Source: Desulfatiglandales bacterium
Lineage (GTDB): Bacteria > Desulfobacterota > DSM-4660 > Desulfatiglandales > Desulfatiglandaceae
Direction: 5' to 3'
Length of the DNA: 64,000 nt
Assembly (NCBI GenBank): GCA_963666345.1
Contig: OY762721.1
Location: forward strand, 2,144,001-2,208,000
Shown piece after piece: positions 22,089 to 32,256 of the stretch. A program made the position numbers and the translations under genes. Position 1 is the first letter of the stretch, and each line of letters begins with the position of its first letter. Under the pieces are notes generated by a model. That model was given only the letters and a program-made list of their open reading frames with translations. It was not told the origin of the DNA and did no database searches.

Positions 22089-22856
22089 ATGGCAAAGGTA
22101 ATCTCTATTTCTAATCAAAAGGGAGGGGTAGGCAAGACTACCACCGCCATAAATCTCTCGGCATCTCTTGCTGCGGCCGAAAAATCGTGTCTGCTTATTG
22201 ACTGCGATCCTCAAGGCAACGCCACCACCGGCCTGGGCATTGACAGATCCGGAATAAAGGCGGGGCTCTATGATCTTTTATTGGGAGGGCTGTCTCTGAG
22301 TGATGTTCTTTTGGACACGGCCCTTTCAGGCTTGCATCTCATAGCTGCAACCTCGGATCTGGTAGGAGCCGAGGTTGAAATGTCTTCGCTAAGGGATAAA
22401 GAGTTTTTACTTAAAAGGCACCTGATCAAATATGAGAATGAATTTGATTACGTATTTATCGACTGCCCGCCATCTCTGGGGTTTTTGACGGTGAATGCCA
22501 TGACAGCGGCCGGTTCAGTGATTGTGCCTCTGCAATGTGAATATTATGCCCTGGAGGGGCTTTCCCAGTTGCTGAGAACGATAAAGGCACTGAAACACTC
22601 GCTTAATCCGGGTTTGCGGCTTTCAGGAATTCTGCTCACCATGTATGATCAGCGTAACAATCTTTCAAAACAGGTAGCTGAAGAGGTACGGAATCATTTC
22701 AAGTCGACCGTTTTCAATACTGTTGTCCCTCGCAATGTAAGGTTGAGCGAGGCGCCCAGCCATGGCAAACCGATATTGCTTTATGATATACGTTCAACCG
22801 GCGCTCAAAGTTACCTGGAACTGGCAAAAGAGTTAATATGCAGGGAAATAGGATAA
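22089..22856 (+). CDS. parA: Chromosome partitioning ATPase ParA/Soj
   Basis: NQKGGVGKTT, DPQGNAT, DCPPSLG, QCEYYALEG, RNVRLSEAPSHG. Confidence 0.96.
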   Translation: MAKVISISNQKGGVGKTTTAINLSASLAAAEKSCLLIDCDPQGNATTGLGIDRSGIKAGLYDLLLGGLSLSDVLLDTALSGLHLIAATSDLVGAEVEMSSLRDKEFLLKRHLIKYENEFDYVFIDCPPSLGFLTVNAMTAAGSVIVPLQCEYYALEGLSQLLRTIKALKHSLNPGLRLSGILLTMYDQRNNLSKQVAEEVRNHFKSTVFNTVVPRNVRLSEAPSHGKPILLYDIRSTGAQSYLELAKELICREIG

Positions 22857-22857
22857 G

Positions 22858-23706
22858 ATGAAAAAAAGGAAGGCGTTAGGCAAGGGGCTTTCTGCTATAA
22901 TACCTGAAGCGGAAGGTTTCGAGGAAAAGACGGGACAGTTTTTTCTTTGCCCCATAGAGCTTATCGAACCAAATCCCGATCAGCCCAGGAAGGATTTTTC
23001 TGAACCTGAGCTTCAGGAGATGGTAAATTCGGTGAAGGAAAAGGGTGTTATTACCCCGCTGCTTGTCAGTAGAAAAGATAATATATACCAGCTTATTGCC
23101 GGAGAGAGAAGGTGGCGCGCAGCCCAGCGGGGAGGGCTCGATCGCGTCCCGGTTATAGTGAAAGAGGCGAGTCCGACAGAGGTCTTGGAGCTTGCACTTA
23201 TCGAGAATATTCACAGAAAAGATCTTAATCCGATCGAGGAGGCCCTGGCTTTTAAAAAACTTATTACTGACGCGGGTATTACCCAGGATGAGTTGGCAAA
23301 ACGCATCGGTAAAGAGCGATCCACCGTTACGAACATCATGAGGCTTCTCAGCCTGCCCTTGTCAATGCAGGAAGATGTGATAAACGGACGGCTGTCCATG
23401 GGGCATGCAAGGGTGCTGGCAGGATTAAAGAGCAGCGAGGAACGGATCAGTCTCAGGGATGAAATAATCAACAGGGACCTGTCCGTAAGGCAGGCGGAAT
23501 CGCTGGCAAAAAAAGCGAAGTCCGGTAGTCCCAAAGGGGGTAAACCCGATTCAGAAAAGGATTATTATTTTAGATCTCTGGCGGATAATCTCAAGAGATC
23601 TCTGGGAACCAAAGTGGAAATAAGGAGAAACGGCAAAAGGGGGCGGATAGTCGTGCACTATTATTCCGATGATGAGCTGGACAGGTTGCTTGAGCTTCTA
23701 TGTTGA
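22858..23706 (+). CDS. parB: Chromosome partitioning CTPase ParB/Spo0J
   Basis: LGKGL, NPDQPRK, IAGERRWRA, ENIHRKDLNPIEEA, HTH. Confidence 0.96.
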   Translation: MKKRKALGKGLSAIIPEAEGFEEKTGQFFLCPIELIEPNPDQPRKDFSEPELQEMVNSVKEKGVITPLLVSRKDNIYQLIAGERRWRAAQRGGLDRVPVIVKEASPTEVLELALIENIHRKDLNPIEEALAFKKLITDAGITQDELAKRIGKERSTVTNIMRLLSLPLSMQEDVINGRLSMGHARVLAGLKSSEERISLRDEIINRDLSVRQAESLAKKAKSGSPKGGKPDSEKDYYFRSLADNLKRSLGTKVEIRRNGKRGRIVVHYYSDDELDRLLELLC

Positions 23707-24317
23707 TCCTTTCCGCTCCTCCATCTTCTCTCTTTACCCTGCACTATTCTGACAAGGTTGTCCCTGTGCCTTAAACAAATCAGGAAACTGATTGCGGCGG
23801 GTACAATCAACGCCTTAAAGGGCACGCCGGTTGCCGCCAGAATAAAAGGCATTGCACAAGCTGATATCAATGACGCTAGGGAAATGATATCCCATATATA
23901 TACTGCAGATATGAAACAGAGCACGGCAAATGCAGCGCCAAGAGGTGATATCCCCAGATATACTCCGAGGGCAGTTGCTACGCCTTTTCCACCCCTGAAG
24001 CCCAAAAACAGTGAGAACTGGTGCCCCAGGAGGCTTGCCAGGCCTATAAGAGACAGGTCAAGACACAGTTCCTGAAAGTTAAGGGTGGCAAGACTACGGT
24101 ACAGCAAAATGGGTAAGAATCCCTTCAACAGGTCGACCGTGAGAGTCAAAACACCCCATTTGAGGCCGACTTCCCTCGCGACATTTGTAGCTCCGATGTT
24201 TTTGCTGCCCCTTGTGGTAATATCAATTCGGGCAACCTTCGCCGCAATTATTTTTCCAAACGGTACGGATCCCAGTATATATGCTGCTGAAATGTATAAT
24301 AGAAGTTGTGAATTCAT
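23661..24317 (-). CDS. plsY: Glycerol-3-phosphate acyltransferase PlsY
   Basis: GS.PFG, GSKNIGATN, DLLKG, GH, FRGGKGVAT, RHRDN. Confidence 0.93.
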   Translation of the reverse strand: MNSQLLLYISAAYILGSVPFGKIIAAKVARIDITTRGSKNIGATNVAREVGLKWGVLTLTVDLLKGFLPILLYRSLATLNFQELCLDLSLIGLASLLGHQFSLFLGFRGGKGVATALGVYLGISPLGAAFAVLCFISAVYIWDIISLASLISACAMPFILAATGVPFKALIVPAAISFLICLRHRDNLVRIVQGKERRWRSGKDQHRSSSNLSSSSSE

Positions 24318-24427
24318 TATGATTCCTTTAAAGGCACGCGGATGTTTTCCCGCGGGTCATTGATAATATAGTCACTTGGCTTTTTGTAGTAGTTACTATA
24401 TCTTAAAGTACATGCTTTATCATTCGT

Positions 24428-24880
24428 ATGCAACGACATTTTAATCGGGGGCATGTTTTGAAACTCATGGTAATGGATGGCCACGGTGGTGGAATAGGCG
24501 CAGCGATTATTAAAGGCTTGAGAGAGTCCATTGGTAACAATATTGAGCTCCTTGCCGTAGGCACAAACTCTATCGCAACATCAAGGATGATGAAAGCCGG
24601 TGCCAACAGGGGAGCAACAGGGCAAAACGCCGTTGTGTGGACAAGCCGTAGGGTAGGCATAATAATGGGGCCTATAGCGATCCTTATGGCAAATTCAATG
24701 ATGGGTGAAATGACGGAGTCAATGGCCTGCGCCATAAGCTCAAGCCAAGCCGTTAAAATCCTGTTGCCACTTTCTCTGGAAAGAATCAATATCGTCGGAG
24801 TTAAGGGAGAGCCGCTCCCCCACCTTGTAGATCAGGCCGTAGCCGTAGTTTCAGATCTTATGAAGGATCTTGATGCCTGA
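24428..24880 (+). CDS. DUF3842-like protein (start may be TTG 24458)
   Basis: VMDGHGGGIG, GTNSIAT..M.KAGA..GATG.NA pattern. Confidence 0.75.
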   Translation: MQRHFNRGHVLKLMVMDGHGGGIGAAIIKGLRESIGNNIELLAVGTNSIATSRMMKAGANRGATGQNAVVWTSRRVGIIMGPIAILMANSMMGEMTESMACAISSSQAVKILLPLSLERINIVGVKGEPLPHLVDQAVAVVSDLMKDLDA

Positions 24881-25083
24881 ACAGGTCTAATATCGCCCTA
24901 TATGCTGTTTAATCCTTTACGGACATCCTGAATATGAAAGCCAGGTTGGAAGTGCCGCTTACTTAACGGATTGCCAAAAAGGGCTGTAATGGGCGAACGT
25001 GGCTGAGTGGAGTTGACTTGTTCCATACCTTAAACCTTCAGGGGATAAAACCGTTCGGCTGGAGATTCTACGTGCCTTTTATC

Positions 25084-25914
25084 TCAATGGCAGGTGTATC
25101 GCCTTGTGATTTCAAGATAAAAGGCCCCCTCTTCTATCTTACCCCGCTTCAGGCATCCTTTTGAGTATATATTGCATTTGGCTTCCAGTTCTTCATAGGC
25201 GCATTCGAACTGTTTATGATCCAGTTTCCCGCTTTCCAATACCTTTACAAGCGCCCTTATCCTATAAAGGTCGATCCCGATATAGCGACCTGAGAGCTGA
25301 TCGGCCGCCCCTCCTCGCTTGATCACAAGCCTTTTGGGTATCAGGTGTACAGGGTACCTGCATGAAATCCTGAGCCACAGATCATAGTCTTCACAGGCCA
25401 GAAGTTCCTCATCAAACAGGCCTAACTCATTTATGAGATCCCTTTTAAGCATAACCGCGGAAGGGCTTACAAGGCATAGAGCGAGAGAGTGTTCGAAAAT
25501 TTCCCCGGACCTCTTTCTATGCTTTTTCATCGGATTTACTCGGACCCCGTTTCTGATCCAGACCTCTTCGGTCTGGCATATCTTGGCGTCAGGATTGGCA
25601 CTGAAAAAGTTGAGCTGCTCTTCAAGCTTTCGGGGAAGCCATAGATCGTCGGAGTCCAGAAATGATATGTAAGGGGCGCCGGCTGCCAGAATGCCCGTAT
25701 TTCTGGCAGCCGAAACGCCCTGATTAAAGGGGTGTCTGATGTATATAATATCGCCGATCAACGGGTCAAGAGCCTCCCTGGTCCCGTCGGTTGAGCCGTC
25801 ATCTACCACTATTATTTCATTTTCGTTCCGGGTCTGGGACAGTACTGATGAAATAGCCTTTATAGTATTTTCAGGTCTATTATATGTGGGTATGATCACA
25901 CTTACTTGATTCAT
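25084..25914 (-). CDS. Family 2 glycosyltransferase
   Basis: VSVIIPTYNR, VDDGSTD, GVSAARN, FLDSDD, EDYDLWLR. ATG 25914 overlaps the ispH stop (ATGA). Confidence 0.9.
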   Translation of the reverse strand: MNQVSVIIPTYNRPENTIKAISSVLSQTRNENEIIVVDDGSTDGTREALDPLIGDIIYIRHPFNQGVSAARNTGILAAGAPYISFLDSDDLWLPRKLEEQLNFFSANPDAKICQTEEVWIRNGVRVNPMKKHRKRSGEIFEHSLALCLVSPSAVMLKRDLINELGLFDEELLACEDYDLWLRISCRYPVHLIPKRLVIKRGGAADQLSGRYIGIDLYRIRALVKVLESGKLDHKQFECAYEELEAKCNIYSKGCLKRGKIEEGAFYLEITRRYTCH

Positions 25915-27644
25915 CGAAAAAACCGCCAGATAAGGGCAATAATACCTGAAAAGATGAAATTCGCTTCGATAAGCGCCTCTAACGCGTTTCCGGGATAAAT
26001 CCAATGCCTCTCATAGGCAAGAAGACATGTCGACAAAGTAATGATAGGAAGCAGCATAACATAGGAAAAGCGACCCACAAGGCCTGTTAACGGGCCGAGG
26101 GCAAGGGTCATGGCGGTCAGTATGAGGATTATCTTCAGCAGTCGTAGTGTCTTTTCCTCGCCAAGAGTAACCGGAAGGGTTTCAGTGCCCACTATTAGAT
26201 CCCCCTGGGCCTGAAATATATCAAAGAGGGCGGATCTAACATAACTAATTAAAAAGACTACGAATATAGAGAGTAACATCGCATTCCATCGAATACTTTC
26301 GGACTCCAGGAAAGGCAGCACCGATATTACAGCGGTCCATGCAATGGCCTCCGAGAGGCTTCTTGAACCGGGTATATCCTTGATCTTCACATATCTATAT
26401 TTGCCTCTGAATCTGATAGGAAACAGGGGCATGCTGTAAAGGGCACCGAGCAGGGTCAAGCCGGCAATGGCCAGAAAGGTACTAATTCCGATATGGAAGG
26501 ATACGAAAAGGGCTATCAAAATAGAGACGGTAGCCGAGATTATAAGAGGGTTTCTGTATTTTTCCAGATAAAATGCCTTTTCGGGATCATTGTAAGCACT
26601 GGCTCCCTTGTCCAGAAAATGATTAAGTACATGCATGGCGTGTATATATAGAAACGAGAGCAGTGAAAAGGCGATCAGGGGCGGCCGGGAAAAAAGAATC
26701 GATGCGGCCAGGGTTAAACCGAAGGCGCCCGAGGCGACCAGGAAATTGCTCAAGAGAAGAAATTTGCAGACCTCCTTAAAGGTGAGGGAAAAGCTGCCCC
26801 TTGTCCTTCCTTTTATTCCTTCTATTTCCTTGACAACATTGTTTATCATCCAGTTCGGGGTGGATGCGCCGGCTGTAACCCCGATCTTCTCCATAGCGGA
26901 AAGCTCCTGCCTTTTCAGATCTTTTTCAGTTTCCACATGAAATGTCGGCAGGCCCACCTCTCTTGACAGCTCAGCCAAGCGTTGGGTATTTCCGCTGTGA
27001 TATCCTCCTACGACAACCATGGCATCGACATTCTGCGCTATGGAACGGACTTCTTCCTGGCGTTGCTGGGTCGCATCGCAGATTGTGTTGAATACGAGAA
27101 GATCAGGAAATCGGGTCTTTAGGGCGTGTATGATTTCGTCGTATTTTTTTGCATTCTGAGTTGTCTGAGCCACGACAAAGGGGTGATCGATCCGTGGAAG
27201 CCCGGATACCTCATCAATATCGCGTATGACGTTAGCAGGAGTCTCGCTGTAACCCATAAGACCAATAACCTCGGCATGATCCGGGTCTCCCACTATAATT
27301 GCGGAATGCCCCTTTCTTGTGTAGGATCTTATTATTGCCTGTACTTTTGCGACCCTGGGGCAGGTTGCATCAACTAACCTGAGCCCCATGTTTCTTATTT
27401 TTTTTCTTGATTGAGGAGGAATACCGTGAGCCCTTATCACTATGGTGCCTGATTTCAATTCCCCAAGGTTAGTGAGGGAGTGTACGCCCTTTGATGACAA
27501 TAGGTCCATTACCTGTCTATTGTGTATAAGCGGACCGTAGGTGTAGATGGGGCCGTCGTCCTTGTTGGCTTCGGTAAGCACGATTTCCATTGCCCGCCTG
27601 ACACCCATGCAGAAGCCCGCGTTTCTGGCCAGTTTTACTTTCAA
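25911..27644 (-). CDS. ispH: IspH (HMBPP reductase) fused to a UbiA-like membrane domain
   Basis: GFCMGV, IHN, RAHG, DATCP, QTT, TICDAT, S.N and TAGAS; C-terminal multi-TM region with D...GD...TLPV. Confidence 0.9.
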   Translation of the reverse strand: MKVKLARNAGFCMGVRRAMEIVLTEANKDDGPIYTYGPLIHNRQVMDLLSSKGVHSLTNLGELKSGTIVIRAHGIPPQSRKKIRNMGLRLVDATCPRVAKVQAIIRSYTRKGHSAIIVGDPDHAEVIGLMGYSETPANVIRDIDEVSGLPRIDHPFVVAQTTQNAKKYDEIIHALKTRFPDLLVFNTICDATQQRQEEVRSIAQNVDAMVVVGGYHSGNTQRLAELSREVGLPTFHVETEKDLKRQELSAMEKIGVTAGASTPNWMINNVVKEIEGIKGRTRGSFSLTFKEVCKFLLLSNFLVASGAFGLTLAASILFSRPPLIAFSLLSFLYIHAMHVLNHFLDKGASAYNDPEKAFYLEKYRNPLIISATVSILIALFVSFHIGISTFLAIAGLTLLGALYSMPLFPIRFRGKYRYVKIKDIPGSRSLSEAIAWTAVISVLPFLESESIRWNAMLLSIFVVFLISYVRSALFDIFQAQGDLIVGTETLPVTLGEEKTLRLLKIILILTAMTLALGPLTGLVGRFSYVMLLPIITLSTCLLAYERHWIYPGNALEALIEANFIFSGIIALIWRFFR

Positions 27645-27650
27645 GTTCCT

Positions 27651-28619
27651 TTAACCCTCCAGTTTCGAAAAATATTGTTTTACGGCGCTCATCATATCTT
27701 CAAAATTCTGAATGCCCGTGAAGGTGCCCCTGAATCGGCAGCTATCAGGTAATCCTTTTGTATACCATAAAAGCAGGCCCCTCATCGCCCTTGCCGCCCT
27801 TTCCTCCCCCATGAACCGGCACAAAAGCCTGAAATGCTCCTCTATCAATGCCCTTCTTTCGGCTATTTCAGGATATGTCACTGGAATGCCACGGTTCTTG
27901 AGGGATATCTGCCTGAATATCCATGGATTTTCGACAGCCCCTCTGCCTATCATAACCCCGTCGCATCCGGTCTTCGCTCTCATATCAAATGCCAGTGAAA
28001 AGTCAAATACATCACCGTTTCCAATTACAGGGACATCAACCGTCTCTTTAAGTACTTTTATAAGGTTCCAGTCAGCCTTGCCGGAAAAACCCTGAGAAAC
28101 CGATCTGGGATGGAGTGTAATGGCATCTACCCCACAATCCTCCATTATCTGCGCCAGCCGTACGGCGGAATTATCATCTTTTGACCAGCCGGCCCGCATC
28201 TTGACGGTGAGAGGGATCTTGCAGGCCTTTCTTACCGCCAGCAATATATCTCTCACCGCAAACGGATCCCGCATAAGCGCACCTCCCGACCCGGTCTTAA
28301 GGACCTTTCTGGCCGGACATCCCATGTTGATGTCGATAACATGAGCGCCCGAGGCCTCGGTGATTTTGGCCGCTTCAGCCATGATTTCCGGTTTGGAACC
28401 GAATAGCTGAACTGACAGGGGGGTTTCCGCAGGATCAGTTTTGAGGTAATTCAAGGTCTTTTTATGAGCCCTTGTCAGCCCGGCTGCGCTGACCATTTCG
28501 CTTGTTACCAGACCTGCGCCCATTTTTCTGACTATGACACGGAATGGAAGATTTGTTATGCCGGCCATAGGAGCCATGACGGCCCAGCTGTCGAGATTCA
28601 GTTTGCCTATCGAAAGCAT
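27651..28619 (-). CDS. dusB: tRNA-dihydrouridine synthase (DusB type)
   Basis: APMAG, DINMGCP, VK.R.GW, H.R, GNGDV, MIGRG. Confidence 0.92.
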   Translation of the reverse strand: MLSIGKLNLDSWAVMAPMAGITNLPFRVIVRKMGAGLVTSEMVSAAGLTRAHKKTLNYLKTDPAETPLSVQLFGSKPEIMAEAAKITEASGAHVIDINMGCPARKVLKTGSGGALMRDPFAVRDILLAVRKACKIPLTVKMRAGWSKDDNSAVRLAQIMEDCGVDAITLHPRSVSQGFSGKADWNLIKVLKETVDVPVIGNGDVFDFSLAFDMRAKTGCDGVMIGRGAVENPWIFRQISLKNRGIPVTYPEIAERRALIEEHFRLLCRFMGEERAARAMRGLLLWYTKGLPDSCRFRGTFTGIQNFEDMMSAVKQYFSKLEG

Positions 28620-28734
28620 AAGAAATTATCAAAAAAATTTGAATTTTTTAGTTGCACGATTGTCCTACAGGGCCTGAAAAGATTCATCAAAAAGAGATTA
28701 AAACCGGTAGGAAAATATAGCCGCCTTGATAATT

Positions 28735-29412
28735 TTAACAAGGAGCATCAGCATGAACAGTAAGACTCTGTCCGGAATTCCTTTTGGAGATAAGAGCACT
28801 TACCGGGCAGGCCTTTATACATTCAAGACATCCCGCGCATGGCAGATCAGTCACCTCTTCTTCACCGTAAAAGGAAACGACCGTGTTCAATCCCCTTCCT
28901 GCAAAGGCAAGAAAGGATTTTCCCTGCGCCATCCGGCAGGCATGAATGCATCTGCCGCATAAGACGCAACGGCTGGAGATATATTCAAGTACAGGGTGGT
29001 TTTCATCCGTTTCGCCCTCTTTTATATGATGCTCCAGGTTCTTCTGTTTGAGGCCCACCTTTAAAAAGGCCGCCATCTTCTGAAGCGGGCAGTTTTTGTT
29101 GGAAGGGCAGGATCTGCAATCGACATTGTGATCGGAAAGAAGAAGCCTGAGGGCGGAACGCTGAAGCCTTCTGACTGCAGGAGAATCGGTTTTTACAACC
29201 ATCCCGTCTTTTACCCTTGTGGTACAGGAGGTAACCGGGCCCTGAATTCCCTCAATTTCAACAAAACAGAGCCTGCAGGAGGCAGGTGGAAATTCAAGCC
29301 CTTCAACATAACAGAGATTCGGTATATAGATATCATTTTGAAGACAGGTCAAAAGGAGGTTGCTTTCCTCATTCGCCTCAATTTGCCTATCGTCTACAAG
29401 CAGTCTGGCCAT
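28735..29412 (-). CDS. Fe-S protein resembling the NuoG N-terminus / HoxU / BamI
   Basis: 2Fe-2S (IPNLC..CRLC..SC), HNVDCRSC..C, CVLCGRC..C and CAGCLEC..CP motifs; no catalytic domain. Confidence 0.85.
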   Translation of the reverse strand: MARLLVDDRQIEANEESNLLLTCLQNDIYIPNLCYVEGLEFPPASCRLCFVEIEGIQGPVTSCTTRVKDGMVVKTDSPAVRRLQRSALRLLLSDHNVDCRSCPSNKNCPLQKMAAFLKVGLKQKNLEHHIKEGETDENHPVLEYISSRCVLCGRCIHACRMAQGKSFLAFAGRGLNTVVSFYGEEEVTDLPCAGCLECIKACPVSALISKRNSGQSLTVHADAPC

Positions 29413-29490
29413 GTATACACCCTGTATTTAGTTATAGAAATCAGCTCCCTTTGAGCGGGGCCTGTTTTATCTTATTGTAACATATTGTTT

Positions 29491-31431
29491 TCATGACATT
29501 TTTTCAGGTCTTTCAATAACCGGCACAAGATGAGCAGGGGAGACCCGTTTTACCGCATTATATTCTTCAGGGCATGCGGCCACACATTCTCCGCATTTAA
29601 CACACAAGATCTGATCGACGCCCTTTTTCCTTTCCTTGGTCGTAAAGATGGCTTCAACCGGACAGCTTCCCACGCAGGCATCACATCCTCTTGCACAAAG
29701 ATCCAGATCAATGTAATAGGCTGTCAGTGCCCTGCAATTTCCAGCAGGACAGCGCCTTTCTCTCACATGAGCCTCATATTCATCCTTGAAATATCTTAGC
29801 GTGGTTAGCACCGGATTCGGAGCTGTCCTACCCAGGCCGCAGAGAGAGCCTTCCTTTATTTCCCGGCTCAGTTCTTCAAGCTGAACCAGATCCTCCTCTT
29901 TTCCCTCACCTTTTGTAACCCTTTCAAGGATTGAGAGGAGCTGATATGTGCCGATCCTGCAGAAGGTACACTTGCCGCATGATTCCTTTTGCGTAAAATC
30001 GAGGAAATATCTGGATACGTCCACTACGCAGGAATCCTCATCCATTACGACCATGCCGCCTGAACCCATCATCGCCCCGGCATGGGAAAGGGAGTCAAAA
30101 TCGATAGGTGTATCAAGAAATTCTTCAGGCAGGCAACCGCCCGAGGGTCCGCCGATCTGGACGGCCTTGAAACCCTTTCGGTGGGGTATTCCACCGCAGA
30201 CATCGAAAATGAGATCGCGCAGTGTGACACCCATCGGAATCTCTACCAGGCCCGGGTGGATTACATTACCCACCACCGAGAATATGGCCGTGCCAGGGCT
30301 GCTGTCTGTTCCAATCTGTCTAAACCAGTCCGCACCATTTTCCAAAATTGCGGGAACGGTGGCGAAGGTCTTTACGTTGTTTATAACCGTAGGCATTCCC
30401 ATAAGCCCCTTTTCAACCGGGTAAGGCGGCCTGATACTGGGCATGCCCCTTCTTCCCTCAATTGATCGCATAAGGGCGGTTTCCTCTCCGCAGACAAAAG
30501 CCCCTGAACCCTGAAAAAGTTCGATTTCCAGGTCAAAACTGCTTCCTAAAATGCCTTTGCCTAAAATGCCGAGCTCCTTTGCCTGTCCAATTGCATTTGC
30601 AACCATTTTTACCGCAAGCGGGTATTCGGCCCTGACATAGACGATCGCCTTTTTTGCCCCAATTGCGTATGCGCCTAATGCAATTCCTTCGATGACCTGA
30701 TGAGGGTTACTCTCAAGGATGGTCCTGTCCATGTAGGCACCTGGGTCTCCTTCATCCGCATTACAGATAATAAATCTTTCCTTGCCCGGGGCATTAGCCG
30801 CGATTTCCCATTTTTTGGCGGTAGGAAAACCTGCCCCCCCCCTTCCCCTCAGACCGGATTCTTTTACTTCTTCAATCACCTGTTCCCGGTCTTTGCCGAT
30901 CGTGTCGGCAAAAGAGGCATAACCACCTTCAGCTATGTATTCATAGATATTTTCAGGATCGATTCGCCCGCATTTTTCCATCACGATCCTTTTTTCCAGG
31001 TTGAACCTGGGAAAATCCATGACAGAGGGTATCAAATCGTTTTCAACCAGGGCCCCTAGTACATGCTCAAAGAGCGGGTCGCCATCTTTGAGAAATGATT
31101 TGACCAGCATATTGGCCTTGCCCGGAGTCACATTATGGTAAAAGATAGGGGGGAAGCCGGATTCGCAATGATCTATGATTACGACAGGTTCTGCATAGCA
31201 ATGCCCCACGCAGCCTACCTGATGTATCCTGGCATCCACTCCCTGTTCAGCCAAGGAGTCCTCAAATGCCTTCTTTGTTTCAAGCGCTCCGGAGGCTATA
31301 CCGCAGGTAGCCATGCCGATATCGATCCTTATCTTTGATTCAGCCTTAGAGGCATTTACCCTCTTTTCAGCTTCATCCAGGATCTCCCTGAATTTTTCTT
31401 TCACCTCGTTTTCCGTATCATTTTGGCTCAT
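29491..31431 (-). CDS. NuoF/HydB-like FMN/NADH-binding subunit with extra Fe-S domains
   Basis: GLRGRGGAGF, CNADEGDPGA, FVCGEETAL, ESCGKC..CR.G; N-terminal thioredoxin-like domain and C-terminal 2x4Fe-4S. Confidence 0.92.
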   Translation of the reverse strand: MSQNDTENEVKEKFREILDEAEKRVNASKAESKIRIDIGMATCGIASGALETKKAFEDSLAEQGVDARIHQVGCVGHCYAEPVVIIDHCESGFPPIFYHNVTPGKANMLVKSFLKDGDPLFEHVLGALVENDLIPSVMDFPRFNLEKRIVMEKCGRIDPENIYEYIAEGGYASFADTIGKDREQVIEEVKESGLRGRGGAGFPTAKKWEIAANAPGKERFIICNADEGDPGAYMDRTILESNPHQVIEGIALGAYAIGAKKAIVYVRAEYPLAVKMVANAIGQAKELGILGKGILGSSFDLEIELFQGSGAFVCGEETALMRSIEGRRGMPSIRPPYPVEKGLMGMPTVINNVKTFATVPAILENGADWFRQIGTDSSPGTAIFSVVGNVIHPGLVEIPMGVTLRDLIFDVCGGIPHRKGFKAVQIGGPSGGCLPEEFLDTPIDFDSLSHAGAMMGSGGMVVMDEDSCVVDVSRYFLDFTQKESCGKCTFCRIGTYQLLSILERVTKGEGKEEDLVQLEELSREIKEGSLCGLGRTAPNPVLTTLRYFKDEYEAHVRERRCPAGNCRALTAYYIDLDLCARGCDACVGSCPVEAIFTTKERKKGVDQILCVKCGECVAACPEEYNAVKRVSPAHLVPVIERPEKMS

Positions 31432-31948
31432 TTTGCCGGTCTTCTCTTTCCTTTTTTTCCTTTTCTATTTCATAACCGAGTAGGATTCCTTCAACCTTAC
31501 TGGGGGCCATATTACCATGCACTGTTTCATCGACAATGGCAACCGGGGCAAGGGCACAGCAGCCTACGCAGGCGACCCGTTCAATGCTGAACTCACGGTC
31601 TTCAGTTGTCTCTCCATCCCTTATGTCCAGTTTTCTTTCAAAGTTTTCAAGGATAATGTCTCCCCCCTTCACATGGCAGGCGGTACCGAGACAAACCTTT
31701 ATGGGATGTTTACCCGGCGGATTAAAGCGGAACTGATTGTAAAAGGTTGCTACCCCGTAAACCTCGCAGGTCTGCAAATCAAAATGGACTGCAGCCATGT
31801 TAAAGGCAAAGGGAGGTAGATAGGAGTGTGTTTTCTGAATGGTCTGAAGAAGGGGGATAAGGCTTCCTCTTTCATTATCAAAAGATGCGATTATTTGACT
31901 AATATCATCCCTTATTTTTTCCTCATCCCATTGCTGCTCCTCATCCAT
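31418..31948 (-). CDS. NuoE/HydC-like 2Fe-2S subunit
   Basis: VATFY, CLGTAC, CVGCC..AP. Confidence 0.92.
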   Translation of the reverse strand: MDEEQQWDEEKIRDDISQIIASFDNERGSLIPLLQTIQKTHSYLPPFAFNMAAVHFDLQTCEVYGVATFYNQFRFNPPGKHPIKVCLGTACHVKGGDIILENFERKLDIRDGETTEDREFSIERVACVGCCALAPVAIVDETVHGNMAPSKVEGILLGYEIEKEKKEREDRQNEPK

Positions 31949-32256
31949 TTGAGCCTCCTCTGTTTTCGCTTTATTGTTCGATTCGCCGAAAGTGCACCTT
32001 GTCTATTTGAGCATATATACTTGGGTTATTTTGTCCGGGTCAAAAAAATCGAATTCGCCCTAATGGATCGCGTGGTGCCTTTGCAACTTGTTTTTATGAT
32101 ATCAGATAGTGCCCGTCCAGAAATTGCTCACTTCTGGATACTGATTTCAGCCGTCAGCTAAAAGCAAGCGGCAAAGAAGTTGATATTCCGATTTTTTGGT
32201 GACAGCTGATTGCTAACTAAGACCTTTAAATTGGGTATTTGGTTTTGGCCTGTACC

